DNA of 64,000 bases, from assembly GCA_002189035.1 (NCBI GenBank), contig NEEC01000019.1:2079093-2143092 (forward strand), given 5' to 3'. The stretch's first letter is position 1, and each line of letters begins with the position of its first letter. The DNA is from Utricularia gibba. Lineage: Eukaryota; Plantae; Magnoliophyta. Both the position numbers and the translations under genes were made by a program. This document shows positions 26,601 to 40,300 of this stretch, piece by piece. The notes beneath the pieces are model-generated. The model was given only the letters and a program-made list of their open reading frames with translations. It had not been told where the DNA came from and ran no database searches.

Positions 26601-27183
26601 AAGCACTCCAAAAAAGGGGACTACACTCGCAAAGACTAAACGTAGCACCTTTCCAATTTTTTTATTTTATTTTCTCTAACAAGATGAACTAGTGTAACAA
26701 GAGAAAAGGTAAGAAAAACGTTGAGAGAGAGAAGAGATGAATACAGCACAGAGTTTCCCAGAGCTCTTCACAGCAGCCCTTAAATTTTCCAGAGTTCCGT
26801 GGTGATATTCCGCATCACCCCAAGAAAAGTCAAATCTTGCCACTGCAAAGGAAGGCTTATTAACAACTTTGCAAAGCAAACCAAAGACAGGAAATAAAAA
26901 GGGAGGACTTTGCTTCGGTTACCAGACATCCCGGCCTTAAGACAACCAGAAATGACCTCAACCGATCGGGAGCGCGGACCCAGAGTCCCAACGATTTTCG
27001 TCATTGCCGGGAAAAACCCCTAGAGTTCAAAATTATCAGAAGAGTGCCGAACAGCCATTACGATCCCTACCTGCATCCAACGATACAAACAAAGAAGGAA
27101 GAGTAACTGCCAACCTCCTTGGCTGGCTCCAGAATAGAAGCCATCCGTATAGGCTCCTCGAGTAAAAGATTAGTGGAAGGCAT
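23640..27183 (-). CDS. PK: Cytosolic pyruvate kinase (At2g36580/At3g52990 type)
   Basis: 16 GT-AG exons, frame intact; [66 protein letters not shown], ends VVKIIELEE. Confidence 0.97.
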
Positions 27184-28048
27184 TTTCAAGATGAAATCGA
27201 GCGACAGCAGGCACAAGGATATGCCGTCTGAAGCCTCAGCGTTTCTAGACCAACTCACACAGAGGGAGGCGGCGTCTCAACACACAGGGTGTGAGAACGC
27301 AGGGTAATAACCATTAATAAATAAAAAGCCTTGATTTCGCTCTGCTCTGGTGGCACCGGTTTTTGACATCCAACGGCGGAAAAACGGTTTTTTTAGTTAT
27401 TGAAGACGAAACTACACAAGAAAACGAAACCCTGCCTTGTTCGATAATTCGACGCGGAACTAAACGGTGCAGTGATGTGTTCCCTGAGACGGTAGCGTAT
27501 GAAGTGAGAAGAAGGGCCTTTGACAATCTGTTGGGTAGAACATCAACTGGTGTAGTTTTGTCTTTTCTTTTTCGTAAGCAAATCCATCTGGGGTGGGTTG
27601 TTACAACACACGAGGGAAGGTTGGCCAAGTGCTGAGTGACGCCAGCCCCAGCCCCAGCCCCGTTGAATTTGCTTGGAATTGGATCGATTTATTTTCTGTT
27701 TGTCGGCTGCGGTTGGTCTTGAAGGTTTTATTATCATTTACTCTCGGTCCAACGCATACCATGGAGGTTCGAATCAACGCATGAATTGAATCTTATTTTC
27801 ACATTTCATCAATTCGGGACACCTTCCTTGGGATTCAGAAAAATCAGAGAAAACCACGACCCACAAGGCGAAGTTGATGAAGGGAAGGCTAACCTGTTCC
27901 GGCATGTCTGTGTTGCACAGTTCCAGACGGGCACCTGAACATCCTGCAGCATCCCGTCTGCGCAATCACTACCATGGAGGTGGCGCGCTGATGCTCCGGG
28001 CACCCTATGCGTCGCACATGTTGTCATCGGGAAAAAAATACCACAAAT

Positions 28049-29653
28049 TCACGATGGTACAATGGCACGCTGCTCATTAACGTCCTTGCCGAATCGAGAG
28101 AGGTAGTTGAGGCCCATTAGGAGCTCGACTATGGCAGCTTCAGTTTGCTCTTTGTCGGCATAATAAATAGTCTGGACAAGAAGAACGATTGACCCACTCT
28201 TCATTCTCTGTCGGTCAAAATTTCTCTCAGCTTGCCACTTCACCATGTTGTGTGCAAGTGGAGCTAGCCAGTCCAGTATCATTGTCACTGCCATGCTCCA
28301 CTCAGAAGCAAGGACCGCATCGTAGGCCGTAGAGAAAGAAGTTCTCGAAAATCTCACTAGCTTTGCCCTCAGATGGCTTCTGATAGATGCAGGGAACATG
28401 TTGTATAAGTCATCCCTCGCATCTGCACTGATCAAGTGAGGAGCTGAAGCTAGCTTCTCAATCGCTATGATGATATTGGCATAGTGAAATGCCAAAGCTG
28501 CATGGCCAAGAGTAGAAGGAAAAGCCATCAATAGACTTCGGTTGCGACTCATACAAGATAATTTCGTGGGAACTGTTCCATCAGGGCTCGAACACAAAAA
28601 GTCTACCACATCCCTCTGGAACCCTCCATCTGATCTGAAAGAACTGCCACAGACTGGTGGATAACTCTCCAACGCTGGACACTCGCTTGTAGGAGTCATG
28701 CATCCTGTCAATGCCACGGACATGAACCTTCTGCTTTTCATCAGATAAGGTTTCCGTGATAGAATAGACGATGGTGAACGATCAAAGGATTTCCTGTTCT
28801 TGGATCTACTCTTGTTCCATCCCAATCCAAGGTCTGAAAATGTTCTCCCTGGGCGCGGGCGCCCACCTGTTGCATTATCATCTGATGTATTCATGAAAGA
28901 TGAGCCAGAATTATCAGCATTAATTGGGATATCATCGTTAAATATGTTTCCCATCTTGGTGACCCCATAAATGTAATTCACTCTTTCAACAACAGTAAGC
29001 AGACATCTGAGGATAAGTTGAACGATGTAGTCATATGTCCTCACCCATGGTGACATCTCCTGAAGATTCTTAACTTCCTGCCGTTGCCATTCAACCTTCT
29101 GCTGAAATTCAAGTAACTTTATTGTACCTACAGTACCACCTATCTTCATTTGCCTCAAACTCTGCTCAAGCTCTGCCAAAACCTCAAGTTCTGAATGCAG
29201 CTGATCAGTCGCTACCACAAACTTCTCCATTTTTTTTATTTTTTTCTCCATCTTTTTCAACTTATAATGCCAGCCAGACCACTTGGGATCCACCTCAATA
29301 TGATCATCATAAGCAAACTCAATATTGTGGTACCTTATGTCCACACATTTATTCCCAAGCACAGCCACGGATTTCCCAACACTGATTAGATTCTCAAGTA
29401 TCTCAGAGAGAGCAAGATCCATAAGATGGTCCACATCCTCAGAGACAAGTTTATGGATACCAGCAGAGTTCATAAACTCCTCCCTCAGTCTAAGAATTTG
29501 CTTATCGCTGAGGCATTCCCATATACGCACAAGTTTAGACATCAACTTTGAAACCTCAAATGACAGAACTCCAAGAATCTGTCTTCCAGGCTCCTTGCGT
29601 GAACTCTTCCATATGCTCCCAAACCAAGTCTCCGGCAAGATCTCCCCACCCAT
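28049..29653 (-). CDS. DUF3475/DUF668 protein (PSK SIMULATOR family relative, At5g04550-like)
   Basis: Intronless, 534 aa; LGVLSFEVSKLMSKL, STLGHAALAFHYANIIIAIEKL, ARDDLYNMFPAS, WLAPLAHNMVKWQAERNF, LLVQTIYYAD. Confidence 0.9.
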   Translation of the reverse strand: MGGEILPETWFGSIWKSSRKEPGRQILGVLSFEVSKLMSKLVRIWECLSDKQILRLREEFMNSAGIHKLVSEDVDHLMDLALSEILENLISVGKSVAVLGNKCVDIRYHNIEFAYDDHIEVDPKWSGWHYKLKKMEKKIKKMEKFVVATDQLHSELEVLAELEQSLRQMKIGGTVGTIKLLEFQQKVEWQRQEVKNLQEMSPWVRTYDYIVQLILRCLLTVVERVNYIYGVTKMGNIFNDDIPINADNSGSSFMNTSDDNATGGRPRPGRTFSDLGLGWNKSRSKNRKSFDRSPSSILSRKPYLMKSRRFMSVALTGCMTPTSECPALESYPPVCGSSFRSDGGFQRDVVDFLCSSPDGTVPTKLSCMSRNRSLLMAFPSTLGHAALAFHYANIIIAIEKLASAPHLISADARDDLYNMFPASIRSHLRAKLVRFSRTSFSTAYDAVLASEWSMAVTMILDWLAPLAHNMVKWQAERNFDRQRMKSGSIVLLVQTIYYADKEQTEAAIVELLMGLNYLSRFGKDVNEQRAIVPS

Positions 29654-32600
29654 TCGCTAAACGTACAGAAACGTTCTTAGTCAAGGACGGGGCACTGAGG
29701 GATGCCTGAGGATTAGGAAAGAGCAACATTAGAAAGCAGCACCAAGAAACGGAGACTACAGAACTTCATAGTTTTCACAAAGGAGCGAACTTTGAAAAAG
29801 CATTCCGACGACGTGAATTTGTTGACGGCGAAGGATTTTGACAGCAACTGAATCAGCGTACAAATGAACAGAAAAGTTTTAATTTTTACATACATATTGC
29901 ATGATCAAAGCGATCTAATGCACACACGTGATCACCCACAAATGCTCAAGAACAGAAGAGATGGGATAAACTTCAATCACGAAAATACTAAATTGGAGCC
30001 CAAACTTTTCAAGAGATCAACTTCGGTAGCCAAAACCAAAAAGATCACCTAGCCACTGAAAACTAGCTCCAACCTCGAATTCCTGCCAGCACGCATAAGT
30101 TGTTTATTCTCAGATCGCGAACAAAATTGGCTGAATGCATAACTGAAATTCCATTTCCGCATTGGATTTCGAAACAAGAGTTCAAAAAACAGGTACGGAT
30201 ACAATAAAAGGAACCCACCGTCTCATGCCCAATTGATTTGAGACTGGAATTCCCACAGTTGAGATCCGAGTGAGAATGGAAGCCCCCGAGAGCAGATACC
30301 GAGGAGGGGGAGAGATGCAAGGAGGGGAGGGGAGGGGAGGGGACCGTATGTATGCCCGGGCTGCTTGCTATCGTGCGCGTCAAATAGCATGGTTTTCGTA
30401 ATAAATAATTTCCAGAGCGAGCGGGAATTCCACGTGGTTTTAGATCATTCAATGAGCTGGGTGGGTGATTCCCTTTGTTTCATCCATCTCTCTCGTCTTC
30501 TCAACAAAGGAGGAGTTTTGTTGCTAGTGCCCGCTACGCTACGATCGACATTCCTCCTTAATAACTACTTTACGCTCCATTTCTGAACCAAATGTAACCA
30601 GCCGCTGATAAGGAACAAAAGGACTCCGACGAGTCGTGACCTGTTGTTTGTAGCTTTACTCTTGTTTGTTTTGTCTAGCCAGATAGGCAAGGGTGTGGGT
30701 GTCGACGCATCATCCATTGGCAATTGGCATTGGGCACGAGGAGGGAACCAGGAATGGATCCTGTGAGTCACTACGTATCCATAACTTGGAACGCTCCCAA
30801 TCCAACGGCAGTATCGACGCATAAAAGAAGGAAAACAAAGTTAGTCGATCCGGCTCCAGTCTGCTACGGGGAGACATCACTTCCTGTTTCTGTTCCTACG
30901 GCTGCCGCCCTGCCACAACATTGAAATTTCGTTGTATCCATCAAATTTGTATTCAGTTATTAAATTGACCATCAAATTTCTTTTTCATTTAAATCACATA
31001 CATAGTAAAATAATTTTATTTTAAATACACATAGGAGATTTTTGGAGAGATAAAATATTAGAGAGACTTTGTAAAACACGAAAAATGGATTTGGAGAAGG
31101 GGTTATGGAAAAAAATTGCATAAGAAGAACCGTGTAATATAAAACACGAATGCAAGAACTCAACTCATTTTAGAAGATTTATGTTATTCAAAAATACTAC
31201 ATTTAACTAAAATTAGATTGCAAATGATTTAGAATTTTGTATTGAATTACTTTTATTTTCGTGACACTGCTTATTTTCTCTTTATAAGATTATGACTTTA
31301 ACATGTTGTGGATAATAATTTATGTATTAGTTTTATTTTTCTTTTATATAAATAGGTAAGTACCAAGTTGGAATTTTGAAACCAAAGAGGACAAACATGC
31401 TCATTATTGATTAAACCATATTATCCATATAATGATAATATTTTCTTAACAAAGCAAAATATATATAGGAGGAGAAAATAGTTGTATGTTCATCATAAAC
31501 CAATCTTAATTAAAGGTAGATAAAAAATTAGGTAAAGACAAGAATTTAAATAAATTTGAACTTTTGTTCGTCAAATGAATGATTTTTTATTAAGATAAGA
31601 TATGATAGTGATGAGCTATTGTTTTTGGAAATCTCAAAGCATTATATTGTTTTTTTAGACATAAATATGATTTAATTGTTTATTATTTTACATTACTTTA
31701 TTGTAGAATTATATTAGTCTTAACTTAAACATAATCTTTATCGTGACATAAATGGAATGTATCAATCTCCACATAACAAGTACAATGATCGTTATGTTCG
31801 ATCCTAATCCATTATACTCATATATATTTTATAATTAATTGTAAATTAAGTTTATAAATTTATTTGATATAAAAATTCACATTTTATACAATTACTTGAA
31901 TTTCCTATTTGTTACCATATTATCTTAAAAGATTTGGATTTTATTCTTGGAGATTTGTATCTTATCTTAAAACATTCGAATTGAGAATTTAATACAATCA
32001 TATCAAGAAAGTTCAACAAATCGCTTCTTTTATATAAAAATATGAACACCAAGCTCTTAGGAAACTAGAGCCTTTGAATAATTTTAATAGTCTAGAATTA
32101 AGTCAAGCATCTTTTAATTCATTTTCTTTCGTTTTTCATTAGTTTTCATATGTTAGAATTGACCATGCATATGTAGACACTTGCAACTATGAATATGTGG
32201 TAAGACTTACTTGCACAAATCTTATGCATGTGATTGTTTTACTATGTTTTTCGATATTTAATTTAAAATTTGATTATGTTTTTCATAATATTTTTTTTCA
32301 TCAATGTATTTTTTAATATCACATAACCCTAAAAGAATATATGAGAATCTTGTATTCCTCAAATATTTAAGCAATCGGACATCACTATTAAGAAACATTC
32401 GATCTAATCTATTTGCGAGGTATGAATTATAAAGGTTAGAATTGAATGCAAGAAAAATATATGTTATCATAAGAGGTAAAATGACTGGAATGCCGTAATT
32501 AATTCTATAATCCTGCTAGATAAGTAACAGTGTTATAATGGTTATTAAGTAGTATTAATTTAGAATAATACCCTATGAATTTATGAAAATAGGTTAGTAT

Positions 32601-33282
32601 TTAAGGTTACACACAAATGTACGAGTTTTAATAAGATTGATGTTATATCCAAAGTCAATTATTATATTATTTTTGAAACAAATATTTTATTTTATTTTTG
32701 GCTATTTTTTATTCATAGTTCTAAGAAAATTTTAAAAATAATACCCATATGTCCTAAAAAAATTCATCATTAAAAAAAATAATTATTTTATTATGTTTCT
32801 ATACAATAAATTTTACTGAAAATGAAAAACAAAAAGTTGTTTATTTATATATTTTAATCTGAAATTTCAAATAAAAATTACAACAAAGTTGATGCACTTT
32901 TGTATTACTTAATACTCCATTGTTACATTTACGTTTTGTATTTTACTGCCATATTATTCAATGTTGTTTCATTATTATAAAACAATTCATCGTTTGTTTA
33001 TTATAGAGTGAAATGAACTCAAAATTAGTCTTGTATTAAAACTCCCGAACGTCAGGAAACCTGCTTAGCTGTTTCCCTCTGTCAGTCTTATGCTACCCAT
33101 GTGAGAATCATCAATCGGGCTCCGTCACCAGATTTCCATTTCAAATTGCTCGGTGTAGATTCCCGTCATCGTTGGCCGGCGGAAGACAGAAACCCAATCT
33201 CGCTACTGGTTCATCGCTCACGGACTTGAAGCCTGTGATTCAAAAATTAACAAGGTGAGACGGCTGGCCGAATCTGGCATTC

Positions 33283-35645
33283 ATGGATCTCAAACCTATC
33301 ATTCAGACCCTTCCCTCGTGGTGGCATTCGGTGGGTTTCTTATCACCTCCCCTGTTGTTACTTCCTACCATCGTTTTATTTTTCCAATTCCCTCGGTGTT
33401 TCCAAGTCTGTTTTTCCATTTAGAAAGCCGCTTCACCTTGCGAATGCAGGTAGCTTTGCTGCTGAGTTTTTTTACATACTTGGCTCTTGCCGGATCTATT
33501 CTTCCGGGGAGAATTGTTCCAGGAGTCACACTATCGGATGGGACTCGCCTCTTTTACTGTTGCAATGGTCTGTGTTTTCTTCTCTCTTCTATTTCATTTG
33601 CCGTAGTTTTGGAAAAGATTTGTTCCTTTTCAGGTTTGGCATCTTTATGTTCGTTGGTTTTTTTACTTGGAATTGGCGGCTGGATGGATCTTCTATCTCT
33701 CACGGTAACAGCCTATATCTGTTTTTAAAGCTTGCCTCAATTTATCTAGTGTATCTGTTACCTTCCTAAACTTCAAATCGCCGATGACAAAAGCCACAGA
33801 TAATCCCATGCTTCTGCATTTTCGAGGTTTCTTAAAAGTCTCTTTTATATGATTTCCAGGTAATTGCTGACAATAGTATGGAGCTTTTCTCAGCAGTTCT
33901 AGCATTCAGTATACTTGTAAGAAGCCTCTGTGGTTGCTTCTTATTCATTTCCTTCTTTAGCCGGTTCAGAACCAAATGCTAAGTAGTTTTATTTCAAGGT
34001 GACCATTGCTCTATGCGTAGCCGGCTACAGATCACAAGATAAAAGTTCTTCATTGAAGCCTCGCATCTCAGGGAACCTGATTCATGATTGGTAAAGCAAT
34101 GGGTTTTTTTTTAGAGTATATGCTTAATTTTTTGATGTGGGGGTCTTGCTGGGAGAAGTCCTAACATAATACTTCCCCTGTCCATTCAAAAAAAAATTTT
34201 GATCAGTGCTTTATACGCTACTCATCTCAGTCTACCATCAGGTGGTTTGGAATACAGCTGAACCCTCAGTTCATGGGAATTGATCTCAAGTATGTACGTA
34301 GCTGTAAGATAGTGAATAGCATGAGCATGTGTGTTTAGCTGCTGTGCTAGCTTATTGCGGCCATGTTCCCTTTTCTAGGTTTTTCTTCGTTAGGGCTGGT
34401 ATGATGGGATGGCTGCTCATAAATCTCTCTGTTCTTGCAAAGTGCATAGAGGAAGCCACTCTAAGTGGATCAATGATTCTCTACCAGCTATTTTGTGCCG
34501 TTAAGTCTATATTTTGGCAACTGCCTTCTGGCGTTACATTTTGGTCTTATTTAGTTATTGAGTTGAATGTTGGTGTCATGGATGCAGGTATACATTGTCG
34601 ACTACTTTTTCTTTGAAGATTACATGACCTCCACGTGAGTAGTGCAGTTGCATTGTGGTAGTATCTGAGCCGCATGTTTGCATTCTTGAGTAACGTGGGG
34701 GCATCTTTCAGGTGGGATATCATTTCTGAAAGATTGGGATTCATGCTGGTCCTGGGAGACCTGGTTTGGATCCCATTTACCTTCAGCATTCAGGTATTTT
34801 TCTTGTATTCTTTTGTTTTTCCAGGCTTGTGGAGAAACGCGCTACGCGCTTGGCACACACCTGCAATTCGCTTATCGAGTATTGTTTTTGTCCTGTGCTT
34901 GGAAGGGCTGGTGGCTTCTAAAAAATCAGGTGGAGCTGACGACCATTGGTGCTGTGGCCACCACTCTAGTATTTCTGGCTGGGTAACATTTCATTCTCAT
35001 CTCGTTCTCCTTCTGAGTGTCGTAGCAGCTCTTGAGTTGTAGTTGCTGAGCTCTGAGTTATTGAGTTTCCTTTCCTCCGGAATTGAAGTGGGAGCACTTC
35101 AAATCATGCCTTACATCGATGATTCACATCTGACCTGCCTTTTTGTTTGATGGATCAGCTATCTCGTCTTCAGAGGTGCTAACAAGCAGAAGCATGAGTT
35201 CAAAAAGAATCCCAAAGCACTGATTTGGGGTAAGCCTCCGAGGGTCATTGGGGGAAGTTGCTGGCCTCCGGTTACTGGTAATCACCACTGATCTGAGTTA
35301 GCTCAAACTTCGATCCACAACTGCTCGTAATTATCATTCATCATTTCAGGGGCATTGCAAGGCACAGTAATTATCTCGGGGACTTACTTGTGGCTCTCTC
35401 ACTTAGCTTACCATGTGGAATAAGGTAATTTGGTCACTGAACTGGAACTGGAGGTTGAAGATACCCATGCTAACCCTCGCCTCTGACCCAGCTCCCCGAC
35501 GCCGTACTTCTATCCTGTCTACCTCTTCATTCTGCTGATATGGAGAGAGAGGAGAGACGAAGCCCGATGTGCGCACAAATACAAAGAAATATGGAGGGAG
35601 TACAAGAGACTGGTTCCCTGGAGGATATTTCCTTATGTTTATTAG
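33283..35645 (+). CDS. FK: Delta14-sterol reductase FACKEL (one apparent frameshift at 35250-35254)
   Basis: 13 exons; WWFGIQLNPQFMGIDLKFFFVRAGMMGW, WDIISERLGFML, YLVFRGANKQKH, WGIARHSNYLGD, RERRDEARC, LVPWRIFPYVY; exon 11 needs one extra G. Confidence 0.93.
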
Positions 35646-37379
35646 AACCCAAAGCGCATGCCGGCTGGGACTCCTTTTCCTTTTCTACTCGAATTTATTC
35701 CAAAGGTTGCTGCTGCAGGCCGAATTTTAAATCTCGTTTCTTCTAAATGCTCCTCCCTTGTGTTTATACCATTGATACCTGAACACTTGCAAACCGCTGA
35801 GTACTTATGGGCGATTTCTTCCATTTCTGTTGCGTGTAACATCAAGGGTTCATTTGAGAAATGATCATCTTTCTCTTACATTATTTGACAAATGGTCATC
35901 ATCTTAAAAATTTCTCATACTTATTATTGAACGCAGCAACTAGATTATGCATATTTAGTTTTTAAAAAAACTAAAAAAAAAAACTATTGTGCATCAATTA
36001 TATTATTAAATGATACATAAAAAAATATTTTTGGGTTAAAAATATTAAATTGAAAGCATTTGAGATAATCATTTTAGATAAATATTTTATATATATATTT
36101 TTAACATTGATTGACTTTGAGAACATTCTTGGGATAATATGAGATATTTATATTAATGTTATTAAGTTATTTTTTTAATATTATATAATTTAAATACAAA
36201 TAATGTTAGATATATCATAAAATAAAATATTAATAACAGAATATCTATGAATATATGGAAATATACAGATAAAAAACATTTTAAAATACATACATACGTC
36301 GATTTATTTCACATTTTATACATTTATTTTAAACTAAATAAATACGAATGATCATTTCTTAAAGATTTTTCAAAAGATGTCTATTTTTTAAATAATGTGA
36401 GAGAGAGTATCATTTTTCAAATAAACTCATAAGATGGATGGATACCAGCAAGTGGGGGTTATATAAATAACAGCTGGATGGCAGTCACCGGGGTGATGCC
36501 ACAAGTGACCGCATCATGGATTGCTTCGTTGATATTAAACCCTGACGCAATATCTCTTGGTAAGGCTTCAAAATAACAAGAAATCATGGGATTCAGAGAT
36601 TATGAAACATTAAAACATACCCATGCTGGGCCTCCCAAACGGGCCGAAGGGATGGGAAATGCAGAGATTTCATTCGTTTGGGCGCCAAGGGAAGGGATGA
36701 ATGGGAAAGGTGAGATTTCTGGATTAGAGCAAGCAGCACTAACAGATTAACAGTTGAGGGTGGGTCTCCTCCGCGTGCTAAGCAGAGTATTCCTCGAATT
36801 TCGTTGTTCTTCTACCTTCTCACCTCTGTGCAAATGTGCCTTTGGATGTCATGTTCTTTTCCACCTCGTAACGGAGAACCCGGAACACAGCTTTTGCAGA
36901 CTACCGTGTCTACGGCGGCAAATTGTACTCCTGGCGGTGGACTGCAGAGGGGCAGGTGAAAATTGCATTGCATGAATTCTGCGCCCAAACCACGATTAAG
37001 ACTAAACATAGATGCATCTTCTGCACTCTAATCACGCATTTTGGGAAGCCCTGAAATTAAGAAAGTTTGGGAGGGGGGTCCCAGCAAAATAGTGGTTAAT
37101 TTGCTGAATAAGGAAGCGGCGATCTTTCTGAGATCCGTTATGACAAGTGATCTTTCCGCAGGATTAGATTTTTCTTTTTTTTTTTCACCATCTCCTTATC
37201 ATCTTTGTGTAGTTAACATCCGTAAGCTTTTGCAGCCATCTGTTTTGTTGAGAAATGAAGATCAATAGAACGGAAGGAGTTTAATAGGAAATCTACAGAA
37301 CAGAGGGCGTAAGAATATTGGCTTTACCTGTTTTACCCGAGGAAGCACAGAGAGCGCATTTCATGGTTGCTGGATTCCT

Positions 37380-40300
37380 ATGGAGGATGTGCTTCCCAAT
37401 ACCCCCAATCCTATGGAGGATCTGCCTTTGTTGGAATTCCAAAATGCTCAACATAACCAGTTCAATCAGATGAAATCATACAGCATCCCAATGTTACATG
37501 GTGGTCAAAGAAGTAATTGGCTATACAGTAAAGAAGCCAATTGCGATGGTGACATATTACAAAGAGATGCCTCCAGATTATCTTTTCAAGAACTCTTGGC
37601 TTTAGCTGAAGGAGGAAAGACATTCACCTCAACAGGATTTGATACGTCAAGAGATCAGTTTCCTGGTTTCATGAATTTCCAACAGAAAGAACTATACAGT
37701 ATGTCTCAAGTCCCGACCAATAGTGAAGAGGGTTCAATGGACACATGCAGGGCTACAAACGGTAACTTCACTTTTGTGTATGTGAATTGTACTCTGCTTC
37801 TTAATATATACGTTTTTCTTTGAAGAACTAGCTGCGGCACTTGAACTTATGATGCATACATGCTCACATTAACAGGTGGGACATGTGCGGCCAATAGATG
37901 CTTCTTTGATCTAAATTCATTACCCAGAGAAGATGCGAGTGCAGATTCCACGCATGCATTGCTGTGCCTCCCCGAGCCAATAATTCTTCAAGAGAACAAG
38001 GAGAGCGATCAGAAGAACAGATTTGACAAGAAATTTATGGGTGGAGATGAGTCAGGTACAACAAATGATGGACTAGGGCGACTTCAAGAAGCTGAGAACC
38101 CTTCCCAAATAAATGGTCCAATGTCTACTACAAGCGCATCAGCACACTTGCTAGAGAATTACAAGCTGGATAAGCGAAGTACTGAGGAACCACTATTGCT
38201 CAAATCTCCACAACAAAAGCCGAGGAAAAAGTACAGACCCAAGGTCATCACAGAAGGTCAACCTAAAAGAAGCCTGGAATCAAATTCCAAGAATACCGTG
38301 GCTCCTCTGACAAACAGAAAGGATAAATCTCTTTGGCATATAGTAGATATCGAGAAAAGCAATGAAAAGAGCCCTCCTACCTCAGTTTCACTGGTACAGA
38401 AACGGAAGTACACCAAAAGAAAAATTGATGAAGATGGAGGAACAATTCACAAGGTAGACTTAGAGAAAACATCCCCAATCACCAGAAGCTTATGTAGGAG
38501 ATCTCTGAATTTTAACATGGACCATCATGAAAGACATGATAGCTCCTCATGCTGCCCATCTTTGAATATTATTGGAGAATTTAAGGTAGCGAAAATCAGT
38601 GCACTGGAGAAGGATGAATTGGGTAAAAATGGCACGAGGGTATCTCAAGAACTTGGAAACATGTCAAGTCATGAACAGGAAGCTCATCTGAGATATAAGC
38701 AGCAATCCTCAGGCCAAATGGATGGGAAAACTATTCATGACAGCTTTTTCACAGAGGAGCAAGTTCAAAGATTAAAAAATGACAAATCCAATGAACCAGA
38801 AACCTGCAACAAAAACAAGACAGGAATATTCTATGATACATTGCAGACATATCAAAAATCCTTACAGGCAGGCCTCCCCACTCTTTCAAAGAATAATGGA
38901 GATTCCAGAGGACAGCATTCACTTCAAACCTGTAAAAGGAAGAGAACTGAAAACACACATACCTTGAAAGGATTATCAAAGACTGGATACAGACCTGACA
39001 CTCAAAGTCTGGGAGACTCTAGTGCAAACCTCATCACATCGATCATGAATCCCAAAACTTCTGGAACTCATTATGATTTGGTTGATGCTTCAGGAAAGGC
39101 AGAGCAAAAACTTCAATGTATCTATGCATCTGATTGCACTCTGATGATTAAAAGAAAGAGATCTAAATGTACAACTCGCCGGCGGGATTTAGCTTCATTA
39201 ATGTTCTGTAAGGAGCTACCAGCATTACGGTGCAGTGCAGAAAGTTCTGTAGGAGGACAAGAGATTCAAACATTGCAGTCACCACCTGCATGCATGGAAG
39301 CGATTGTGTCGCTTACTCAACCAAAAATACAGAGAAAGAAGCGAACAAGAAGGAGCATGCCCATCAAATCAACAGAACAATGTCTCAGCGGTCATGAAGG
39401 CCCTGTAATAGGCATAAAAGGTATTTTCATGCAATGAAACGACGAGATAACTTTAGCACTTGGTGCATATATCCTAGCACATGCTTGATGCGTTCAAATG
39501 CAGGTTGGCCACTTGCTCTTACATGGAATAGCATGTTTCCATGCAATACAATTATTCAGCAGGTTCGACACCTAGATCTAAAGGCAAAGGAGAGGCAAAC
39601 CTCGATTCATCAACAAGATTCACACTCCCTTGTTCCATATAAAGGATCCAGAGCAACTGTTCCTTTCAATAATTCATTTGAAGTAATGAAACAGAGACTG
39701 AGGCCAAAGGTTGATCTTGATGAAGAGACAACAAGAGTGTGGAAACTTCTGTTAGAAAACATAGACAATGAAGGGATAGATGGAAGTGACGAGGAAAAAG
39801 CAAAATGGTGGGAAGAAGAGAGAAGAATCTTTGATGGAAGAGCAAGCACATTTATTGCACGAATGCATCTCGTACAAGGTACACTGTTATAAAAATACTC
39901 AGTTTTCAATCTCCAACTATAAGGAAGAGATATGCAATGCAGTCAAAGATACATGTAACAATGTGTTGCAGATATATCTAATTCTTTCCTCTACAGGAGA
40001 CCGGCGTTTTTCTCCATGGAAGGGATCAGTTGTTGACTCAGTGGTTGGTGTTTTCCTCACCCAGAATGTTTCGGATCACCTCTCAAGGTTGGCTGGGATT
40101 CTTAATATCACATGCTGTAACCAGCTTAATTAATTGTCGACTTGGAATAAAAAACTAAGCATATTCAACAATCAATGCAGCTCTGCCTTCATGTCAATGG
40201 CTGCAAGATTCCCCATTTCACAAAGTGCAGACGTACCAGAATTACATGAGAATCACAGCAAGATCAACTTATCTGGGGCTCTTGTGTTAGATCCTGATGG

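Noticed and set aside
30786-30806. GCTCCC-AATCCAA resembling a miR159/319 site or mimic
   Set aside because: Needs a 3-nt deletion, is intergenic and has no hairpin
35250-35254. Calling FACKEL, DML and CYP72A pseudogenes
   Set aside because: Each has a single identical homopolymer lesion with all catalytic motifs and splice sites intact
35880-36430. AT-rich tract upstream of DML as a ROS1-type methylation sensor (MEMS)
   Set aside because: No transposon termini or repeat identifiable; untestable without methylation data
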